Shown one piece after another: positions 12,284 through 21,814 of a stretch of DNA of 64,000 nt. Position numbers and translations under genes: made by a program. The notes under the pieces were generated by a model. The model made no database searches. It was not told the DNA's origin and saw nothing but the letters and a program-made list of their open reading frames with translations. This DNA comes from Amoebophrya sp. A120. Taxonomy: Eukaryota; Protista; Dinoflagellata. The DNA is taken from assembly GCA_905178155.1 (NCBI GenBank), contig CAJINV010000019.1, positions 440,475 through 504,474 on the forward strand, read 5' to 3'. How positions within the stretch are numbered: position 1 is the stretch's first letter; every line of letters begins with the position of its first letter.

Positions 12284-13982
12284 GTGATTATTTCACACGA
12301 TGCCACCTACCGGCAGTAACAAGAGCAGGAGTGCATCTAGCCATGCCGGTGGAGAGATAAGAAGCAAGTACTTAATACACACTTACAGACCGGGTAAGCA
12401 TCTATTTTCAAAACCTGCTGCTCTCATTCATAGGTAATTCTTTTTAGTCGACCCATAAAACGATGAAGTAAAACGGGAACTACGGCTGAAGACGTGAATT
12501 AGACGATACAACGCAGGGGCTCTGTAGTCGCATCTGCAGGCACGATAAAGGACGAACAGTCGCCGACTAGAAGGCTTCAACAAAGACAACTGACACGGAC
12601 GAAGGTCACGGAACGAGCGAAACGGCGTACCAAGCGAGAGAGAACGGCAAGAGCAAACTGCTTTGCGCACTGGCGTGGAAAGAAGATACGATGATGAAGC
12701 CGCAGCTTTCTTGCATAGCATAGAACGACAACGAGAGATGGTAGATAATACAAACAAGAACTCTAGAAGAAGTACAAGACGACGAAAACAGCAACACCAC
12801 CAACGCGCTCGCCCGAAGCAGCAACTGTGTTTGTTTCAGAATAATTTGCATGGGGAACTGGTCATGTGAAGCGACGGCATACCGGGTTGCGGAATACCAG
12901 CGTCGTCTTCATCCGTCTTTCATCGGGCTCCGATCTGAATTCTTGGGTCGTCGGGGGGACTACAGAGTACGAAATCCTTTCTTGTCATTCTCCTGCATAA
13001 GGCAGATGTAGTTCTTCGGATTCCGCTTCTGTTTCATCCTCCACACGGACTGTTTTTTCATGCAACGTGGATCAGCAAGAAGCAACGTAGGGGACAAAAA
13101 GTTCTACGTTGTCTTCAAGCGGAAGCGTGGAAATAAATGTTGCATGAAACTCACGAGCTGTTCGCGCGGTATTCTCTGTGGGAAAGGGGGGGGGTTCATA
13201 ATGTACTAGCGGGTGCGGCGGGATGTCTGAGGTTGCTCGGGAATATTATGGGGGTGAAACTACGATTACGTTTACGAAAGATATTAATCACAGAGGGAAC
13301 AAGGCACATAACAACGGTTGATTTACATTCTCCTCTTCTTTCACCTAAATGCGCGAAAAAAAATTGTTACTGTAAAAAATGTGGATCTTAGTAAGTCTTT
13401 TCAGAAAGCAGTGCATGCGAAGTCTTGTTGTAATTGTGAACGTGCTGTTGAAAAAGCAGTTGCAACTGTGAAAAAAATTTGAAAGAGAAAAAAGCCAACG
13501 TACTATATTGAAAAGTGACACTGAAAAAAATGCGAAGAGTCATAGTGCGAGTTTTCTTACGTTTGTGCGGCATGTAAAAATGCTTAACTGTACAGCTTTC
13601 GTTTGTTCGAGTTGAAAAAACTTTTTCTTTCGAAAGAAGTTATAAACGGACTAAAGCGTGAAGCTCTAGAGAGAGCAGCTAGTTTTTGTCTGTTCTGCTT
13701 TTGCTTTTTGCTTCATGCCTAAAGCATGAAGCAAAAAAATTTTGTTCTCTTCTACTTTCTTCTTTCATCCCTCTCCGACAACGACGAGCATCTCAGCGTT
13801 AGCAGCATTGAAATTCCGGGGCTCGGTATCCATGAAAAAAACTATTGCGTAGTACATGCCTCAGGTTGATGCACACGTTAGGTCAACGCTTGGACTCCTG
13901 AAACAACGTCCAGCATAGCAGTACCGATTCAGTGTCCTGCGTCATCGGAGTTGATGTTGCAAGCTGTGGTGAGCACGAGTGA

Positions 13983-14219
13983 GAACAGGAAGCGGCGCGC
14001 CGGGCGGTAATAGAGAAAATATCCGGGAAAAAGTGGGAGCAGAACGGCAGGAACGGGTCGTCGTGGCGGGTGTTAGGCGATAACAGCGCAGAAGCGATCG
14101 ACTTTGTGGCGGACAGCACCTCCTTCTGTGAGAATACGGGCAAGGAAGAATGGAAAGGAGAGGGAGCCTGGTTTGCGAAGCAGGCTGATGGGACGTGGGA
14201 GGTTGTCAGGGGAGGTTAA
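13983..14219 (+). pseudogene. 5'-truncated ORF end in cassette A (EQEAARRAVIEKISGKKW...WEVVRGG*)
   Basis: Stop-free from just after repeat 1 to TAA at 14217-14219; no start codon. Confidence 0.4.
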
Positions 14220-15125
14220 CCCCAGCGCATCTCCTACTTCCCCAGAACAAGGGAACAACACACGCACAATCCACGACTTATCGAATTTGTCTCAGAGAGT
14301 TTTATTGTAACGAGACGAGGCGCGACTACAACATTGCGACGGACGTCCACCCCGCGTATTTCGCTAACGCGGTGACGCCCCCGGTGCAGACTAACAAACT
14401 AGGACCTGAAGAAAGAATAACTGGTCTGCGCGGCCTTGTCGCTAGCGTGGACAATCTCTTGCACAAGCCCGCGCACGTCATCGCGACGTGCATTGACGAC
14501 CGGGGCCAGGCCTTCAAAGTCGACATGGCTCGGGACGTGCACGGCAGCGACAACCTGGCGCGCATGTTGGATGCGCTCAAAAAGTACGAAGAGCACATCT
14601 TCAGATCCCGCATGCGACAATATTCGTCGAAGGCAAAATTTGAAGCGATGGCTGGAAACCCATCCTGGCGCGTGAGCCAGACGCCTACCGTGGAAGGAAG
14701 AAAACACCTGGCCAGGCTCTCCGAGCTCCTGGCTCAGCATTTTGCGCCGTTCGGCAACGCGCCAACCGTCAAGCCGTCGGTAATTATGGTCGGCTACACC
14801 CTGGCAACGGATATGTCTATGTCAAACGCGCTCTGGAACTCCATCGGGGCGCGCATCGGGTGGAGTAGAATCAAAGCCGAGCTGCAAGCGTGGGCGGCTT
14901 TGCGCCGCCTAACGGGGCCGGAGCTGCGGTTGCTGATTCTCTGGAGTTTTTTATCAGCTTCTTCATATTTCATGCCGCTGTGCGCGGCAGTATGGAATGA
15001 CAGGACTTGGTCCCGTTTCTGCTTTTTTCTAGGGCACTCCATCGCCGGTCTGATCGGCCTGGGGCCGGAGGAGTACAAGGCGCTGGCGTCGGCGAAGTTG
15101 ATGTTGCTCGGCAAGGTACTGGCGC
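14195..15125 (+). pseudogene. 3'-truncated ORF in cassette A, possibly an RNA-virus (toti-like) polymerase N-terminal fragment
   Basis: About 310 stop-free, intronless codons on the strand opposite to host genes, cut off by repeat 2. Viral identity is only an impression. Confidence 0.45.
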
Positions 15126-16905
15126 TGTCCTGCGTCATCGGAGTTGATGTTGCAAGCGATGGTGCGCACGAGCGCGCACTTCTATACGAGCGCGACCTGG
15201 GTTCCACGCCAACGAGGACCGATTTTTTTGCGAGGAGCATGTACGGTCAAAGAATTCCGAGTTGATTGACATGTCAAGCCTATGATTGACCGGAAAGGAA
15301 GCATATGACTGACCGGACAAGCCCAGGGGCCGGTCATCCGGGTGACTCCCAGGCATGACGGAGTGATGAATGCTGCGGCGGGATCACAGATGAAAACGGA
15401 GGCGAAATCGACCATGCCGTGCTGTCTGAAGAGGAACACTGTGCCGGTAGGGCACCCACCGAGTGGACGTAATCCAGGACCCGGGCAGGCGACACCTGGA
15501 TAAACCCCAGAAAGCAGTACGCTTACCGTCTACATTAGCGAACTAATAGGCTCGGCGGAGGTGGCATATGGGTTGCGAAAACCCGCCGGCTGCGCAGCGG
15601 AATTCCGATGAAGAAGGAACCACAGATCAGAAAAGATAGTGATACAAAGGCCGAGTGGCCCTGGGTGCCAGTGGTGCACAAAGAGCGGCCTGCCGCGCTG
15701 CAAGAAGTAGATGCAGCTGCATCAACAAGGGCAAGGCAGAGTGAGCAAACCGATGCTAGCAACGAAAGCGATCGGTAGCGTGGAATGAAAATTGCTACAA
15801 GATGTGCCTGTGCTGTTGTGATGCTGATGCCCAAGATCGCTGCACGACAATAAGAAGTTCCTCTTCGACGCGAGGACGTTTCGCGAGGCATGAATGGGGT
15901 AGGGGGTGGTTCCTTCGGGGTCCTGTTCGGGCCCACGAGCATACCAATTCAGTGTCCTGCGTCATCGGAGTTGATGTTGCAAGCTGTGGTGAGCACGATA
16001 CTAAGTGGAATTTTCTGGGAATTGGGAAAATTGAAAAAAAATCGTCCCTCCATCGCTGCCTCACTATATCAAGAAGCACCGTTGACACACGCTGCCCCGG
16101 CCGGATCTGTTCGCGCTGCAGGGAGGGCGTCTGGATGTCCTTCCTGGGAAGGCCGCCGCCCTGTAGGCGTGTTGCACCAAGCCAATGTTATACGACTAAA
16201 AGCCCGGGCAGCATGCGGCGGGGCGTCCCAGATTTAGCCCTTGCAATGGCTAGGGGTCGCTTTTACCTAGGGGCCCCACGCCCGGCCCCTGCGCCTTCCA
16301 ATATTTCGACGAATTGCCGAAGGAGCACCCTAGCGAAGATGCCACAGCCGACCTCAACTCAGGCACTTGGTTTGCCGCCTCAGGTGCGGTTTCAGATGAT
16401 TCACACCACCAATCACGATGGCTCTGCGCGTTTTCAATTTTCCGGGAAAACTCGGGAGGGGGGGGCGGAGGGGGGGTCCGGAGGGGCCCTGAATGGGGGG
16501 GCGGTTGGGGGGCTCCAAATCGTGTCCGTGCCGTCGTGCTTCCAATTTTCCGGGAAAACTCCGAGAAGCCCCCCCCGCGGGAGGGTCTGGGACGCCCCCC
16601 CCCCGGAGGCCTCCGGCCCAGAAAGTGGGCCACTTTCCATGCGAAAAAGTGGGGTCGAATGGGGTTCTTTAGCTCGTGCTTCGAATTTTCCGGGAAAATC
16701 CAAAAGGGGGCCAAAAGGGGGCCCGGCCGTGGCCGCCTGGCGCGCTCGAAAAGGCGCGCCCGAGAGGCCGCGTCCGCTCCTGCTAGGAATTTTCCGGGAA
16801 AAAAAAAGAGGGCGCAAACGCTGGCGAGTGCTAGCACCTTGGTGGAGCCGCGCTGCTGGTGTTTTTGAATTGCTGCAGCTGTGAGCTTTGCTAAGTTGCG
16901 CGCCC

Positions 16906-17134
16906 ACAAGGGAATCACCAATAAAATCATCATGAGAAATAGGAGTTGATGTCCTGCGTCTTCGGAGTTGATGTCCTGTCCCTTGACAAGGGAATCACCA
17001 ATAAAATCATCATGAGAAATAGGAGTTGATGTCCTGCGTCTTCGGAGTTGATGTCCTGTCCCTTGACAAGGGAATCACCAATAAAATCATCATGAGAAAT
17101 AGGAGTTGATGTCCTGCGTCTTCGGAGTTGATGT
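16906..17134 (+). repeat. 80-bp tandem repeat (~2.9 copies) built partly from the array repeat
   Basis: ACAAGGGAATCACCAATAAAATC... starts at 16906, 16986 and 17066. Confidence 0.95.
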
Positions 17135-17161
17135 TGCAAGCTGTGGTGAGCACGAGCACGA

Positions 17162-17183
17162 GCCGTAGCCATTTTGGCTCAAG
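17162..17183 (+). other. Exact dinoflagellate spliced-leader sequence (DinoSL relic)
   Basis: GCCGTAGCCATTTTGGCTCAAG matches DCCGTAGCCATTTTGGCTCAAG 22/22; followed by GA, not GT. Confidence 0.93.
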
Positions 17184-18064
17184 GAGCCAACTTAGTAGAA
17201 ACCCGTCGAGAGCGGGGCCCTCTGCACGGGGCCCCTGGAGAGTATGTGTAGGCAGCCGGGTGCAGCCGGCTGCGCCCTAGATTGTAAGAAAGGGAAAAAC
17301 AAGATGTAACAGTAGGGGTTTCTCCCCCTACTGCCGGTTTGACAATATTCTGCACGACACGCTGGCGGGCAGGTTGTGCGGGGTGGGAGCGTCAGTTCGG
17401 TAACTGGATGCCCTCTTTGTGTCGCGCGCGCGGTGGCGCGCCGAGATCTGCGCGTGAACGAGGGGAGGTTGCTAGTGCGCGCAGGGCACGGATGGACGAT
17501 ACCGCTAGGCAGGTGGAGGACCTGCAGCAAACCGCATCCGGTCAGCGTATGATATGATGTCATGGGTAGCGCTCTTGATTGGTGTAGAGACAAGCTAATG
17601 CGACACTGCAAGAGAATATGTAAATTTGCATGAGCACGAACTGCTGCGCAATTGCGGAGCTTTTGCGAAGTGTAGTTGAAGGCTTTAACCCGAGGCGCGA
17701 ACGCACGGCCTTGCTCACCTCGAAGCAACCAAGATAAATTTTAGACAGAACGGCCACCAGGGCGCGTTGCTCCATTTTTCTGGATCTTTGTTTGACCTTA
17801 TGAATTGCCTAGCTCGCATGCTATGATGGCCCTGGTGACTTAAAAAGGGCACAAAAAAGGGTCCCAAAAGTGCTATTTTTCTGTTTCTTCCGTCATCGGA
17901 GTTGATGTTGCAAGCGATGGTGCGCACGAGCGCGCATCTTTAGAAGTGAATGAATATTCATCACGGTCAGGTGGCGCGCGAAAAGGCTACGATTACAAAA
18001 GTGGTAGCTACACCTCACATGCCAAGTGTGCGGCTATTGAGGAACAAGCACAAGGTGCTGCGAG

Positions 18065-21000
18065 TTAATATAAAAGTGCTGCACCGACGTGACGATCCAT
18101 ACAAAGCTGGACTACACACAGTTTTTTTTTCTTGGTTACTGCACCGAGATTCTGCTCCCCACCAGCACCAGGGCCAGGTTGTTCCCCTCCTCCTCCTCCT
18201 CCGTCGACCACTTTCGCCGCCGGTGTAAATTTTGCTTCTTTGCAAAAAAGTACGCTCAGCGTTTCGTTGCCGGCAGCGGTGGGCGCGCTGTCGTACTGGG
18301 CTTGCGTGTGAAGTTTGCATTTCTCGTCCTCCGCCGAGTACGAAAAAACCGCACACTCCGGGCGCTTTGCGCCGCAAACAGTCGCGCACGAGTCGAGGTT
18401 CACCTGGCCGTCTGGGCTTGCCGCCATGTGCTCACTCGGGCTTCTCGTATCCACTGCAAATAAGGATGTCTATTGGGTCTGTGAATAGGGAAGGATTTGG
18501 CATGCCTGGCGGGCACGTGGTCTCTTCTAGATGCATCTGTCATGCCTGCATGCCTGCTTCCGAAAAGCGCAATCCTGTTTTTTTTTTATCATGCAGCTTG
18601 TCAAACACGCCACAATTCATCACGCTTGCCGGTGTATTAATGTTGAAGTTGAAGTGACGAATTAGGATTAGCCTCATAACAACATTTTTTCAGACCCAGA
18701 GGACAAGTAATTTGCAATGAATATTTCGCCTCCACGATTTTCTCGTAGGTCACGGTGCCGGTAGCAACCTCGGTTGGCGTATGCACTGCAAATCTGTCTG
18801 GGTCTGGAAGGTTCTGAAACATGTCATGCACGTTTTGCATTAGCCATGGTGTCAGTGATGCACGCCCTAGCATCACAGATTTTTTGAGGGCTTCTTGATG
18901 CCTATTCCGCATGACAAATGCCCTCTCCACATAGCAAAAATTACACTCCCTTATTGCTGCTCATGCAATACAGATTTTTTTGGAATCCGAACGCTGCATC
19001 ACAAGTTGCCTTCTTCCAGACCCAGACATATTTGCATTTGATATGGCGCAGACGGGCACTCGGGCGTCACGGTGCTCACAACAGTATGCAGTTCAAATAC
19101 CGATCAGGACTCTCGAAGCGGATTCGAATTTATTTGAAGATCGCTGCTTGTACATAATCTAGTACAACTTCATGTAGATTTTCAACAAATCTGAAAATCG
19201 TCCCGACAAGTAGATCGGCGGAGAGGAGTGAGCAGTGAGAGAATGACTTATCCACCAACTGACGGGATCATTACTAGCGGGAACAATCTGTAGATGATGC
19301 GTCTATTTAAGTATTTATAATTTATCCCAATGGCCCTAATCTCCTATTTGCATTGCATAATCAACAGTGGTGCTTGAGGTGTCGGTTGTGTTGTTCCCAG
19401 TCGTGTTCGTCCCAGTCGTGTATCCTGATTCAAAACATCGTCCCCACCCTATTTCTCTTGTACGTTCTTCTGCTACACACAATTTATCAAGTGGAATCAA
19501 GAAGGTCAGTACGCAGAGCAAGTCTGGGTCCGCAGCGTGGCAGCGCCTCGCTCGCGCGGCCGCAGCACTACCTTGCGTCCTCGTTTTTGACTTGATTTAT
19601 TTTGGGACAACATACGACCCCTAGAAGTTGAAGTACTTCTCTGGGCAAACGACACCCCAGCTGGCCTCGTCTCGTGAGGATCTAGTACTATTCTAAGTTC
19701 CGCATGAAAGGAGCAGTAAGTTCTGGTGGGCCGCGTGACGCAATACCAACGAGAACGATGAACAACCTATACTAGGAAATAGACTGGCGGGGACGTTTAT
19801 TTCATGGGGGATACGGTTCCGTCGCTTGGCTCCGGGGTCGCAGGAGGCGCGGCCGTAGAAGTTGATATCAAATGCAAATGCGTCTGGGTCTGAAAGATTG
19901 CAGCTGTTTGTAATGCCGCTTTTGCATGCCCAAAAAAGTCTGGTATGCAAGCACTAGTGCCACAGTTCGCTCTACCTCTGCAAGAGCTGTACGATTTTAC
20001 GCCGCATGAGCATTCCGCTCGCAGCGTGGCCAAAAATTCCGGCCTTTTGCTCGTCTTCGTCATGCATGTTGACAGATCTGTATTTTTCTGTCATCGGCAG
20101 AGAGCACCACAAGTTTGCACCTTTCAAAACCCAGACAGCTGCACATTTGCAATGCATAGTTGGACAGGCCCCACAGTAGCGGCTGATGCCCTTCCAGTCC
20201 CCCGCATGGCCGACCTTTTTCGAAAGAGTCAGGCTGTTCCCGTTTGCGAAGTCGTCAGCTTCACCAGCCGCGGAGCTGTACAGGGCGCAGGAGCGCTTCC
20301 CGGCTGGATTGTTTTCCCGGGGTTCGTACTCCGCAAACCCGACACAGTTTGGCGCCCCTGTGCACAAAGCTTTGCATTCATCGTGCGCTTTGTCTGGAGC
20401 GTATTGAGGGCTGAGCAGAACCAAATCGGCGAACGCGGGACTGATTTTCACCCAGCAGTTCTGGTCTTCGCCGTCGGCCAGCAACGTCTTAAATGTCCCG
20501 CAGTCCTCAACACCTCCTGCCCCGCACTCCGGCAGCCAGACGCTGCTTTTTTCTGCGCACGTGTCCTCCGCCGCCGAACAGGTCCCGCAGTACCGACTGA
20601 TGCCCTTCCACTCGTACGGGGACGTAGCGGAGGGTACCAGTTGGAGGTCGTTCCCCGATGTGATTGCATTGTTCGCATCATTGGTCCTCAGCACGCCGCA
20701 CAGGTCCGCACCGTACTGCACGATGCCGGCGCACTCGTCGCCCAGCTCGACGCAGGCGGCCTCGCAGCCTTCGCGAGAGTGCTGGGACCATCCTGTAGCG
20801 GTCGCCGCGGGAGGCACAGTCAGTCCGCTTTGGGTCACGTCAACCATGCATTGGTTGCTCTCTCCCAGGTCACTCATATCCATGAACGTGCCGCAGTCGA
20901 CGTCGGACCCGCCGCAGCTCGGCAGCCAGCCGTTGCTGTTTGCAACGCATGGCTCGATGCACTCGTATATCGCGTCGCAGGGGGAAATGCCTCTGTCTTG

Positions 21001-21814
21001 CTGTGCTATTTGCTGGAGCTTGGCTTCGTCTGCAGCAACATTTTGGCACTTTTGATAATCAGCGGAATCTTCCATTACAGTGCACGCCTTGTAGAGCGTG
21101 CACCGGCTGTCCGCTTCATCGTCGTACTTCGAAACCCAAAAAAACTTGCACTCGCTGTCTTGATTTCATATCCTCTGCAAAAATGTCCGGATCGGGAAGA
21201 ACAGAAAATACGGGATGCTCGGCGTACGTACTTGTTAGCCAAGCGGCACGATAGACTATGCATCGACTTACCAAGTGACGACTACTTGTTAGCCGCGGCG
21301 CCGCATCCATTTCTCAACTCGAGCAACGTAGTTATATTCATGCATTGTGGAGTGGCCTCATCAAGATTGGCCCTTGGAAAAGCCACAGAACGGCAAAACA
21401 AGCTTCCCGCGTTTTCTGAAACCCGCCTGACAAATGGCAGACGACATGATCATCTTTTTTGCGTTTTATATCGCATTGCCTCCGGCACCAATTGTAACCT
21501 CCGGAGCTTCCGCGTCGCAGAAATTCCCCGTTGCCTGCGCAGCTACCCTTGCTATGCGCCAACAACCTTCCCGTTGCGCAGTGTCCTAGGGCGGCTTGAG
21601 TCCGTTGCGCGCCGGTGCGCGCCATCGTTTCCGCTCGTCTGCTTTTCTGCTGCAGCTGCAGTGCCCGCACCAAGACCCCATTCTGCTGGTTCAATATGCC
21701 ATCGAGATCCGAAACAATCACGCTCGGCTGCAGGAGGCACCCCAACCGTGCCGCAAGAACGGCGCGGCGAAAATTGCCGGCTCGCTTGCTCTTGTCGGGT
21801 GTTGCAGACAACAT
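18065..21814 (-). CDS. Cys-rich protein with PAN/apple-like modules and a Thr/Pro-rich linker, split by 6 introner introns
   Basis: CRRQC.QDSECKFF, CEAACVELGDECAG, CKALCTGAPNCVGF, CATVCGAKRPECAVFSY; duplicated WLP.CG...DCGTF and WKGISRYCG. All six excisions keep the frame. Confidence 0.75.
18448..18723. mobile_element. Introner non-canonical intron (family A-like)
   Basis: DR TCTCG/TTTCG; frame restored. Confidence 0.8.
18780..19043. mobile_element. Introner non-canonical intron (family A, TGCAAAT.TGTCTGGGTCTGGAAG TIR)
   Basis: Perfect DR TGGCG; frame restored. Confidence 0.92.
19085..19359. mobile_element. Introner non-canonical intron (degenerate)
   Basis: DR AACAG/ATCAA; frame restored. 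Confidence 0.7.
19421..19813. mobile_element. Introner non-canonical intron (TATCCT family, degenerate)
   Basis: DR TCGTG/CGGTT; frame restored. Confidence 0.7.
19866..20158. mobile_element. Introner non-canonical intron (family A)
   Basis: DR GTTGA/GTTGG; frame restored. Confidence 0.88.
21169..21470. mobile_element. Introner non-canonical intron (family A-like)
   Basis: DR TTTCA/TCGCA; joins ORFs 21338..21814 and 19972..21075 in frame. Confidence 0.78.

Larger units (their letters stand above)
13922..17936 (+). repeat. Array of five ~50-bp direct repeats separating unrelated cassettes
   Basis: Core (TGTCCTG)CGTCWTCGGAGTTGATGTTGCAAGCKRTGGTGMGCACGA at 13922-13979, 15126-15178, 15942-15998, 17110-17161 and 17891-17936. 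Confidence 0.95.

Noticed and set aside
13933-13979. Hammerhead ribozyme on the minus strand of the repeat
   Set aside because: It reads CCGATGA rather than CTGATGA, and no proper stem II-GAAA is present.
15802-16933. Overlapping long ORFs in cassette C
   Set aside because: GC-rich low-complexity DNA that is open in most frames.
13922-17936. Bona fide CRISPR array
   Set aside because: Spacers are 0.7-1.15 kb and unequal, repeats are ragged, there are no cas genes and the context is eukaryotic; only the layout is analogous.
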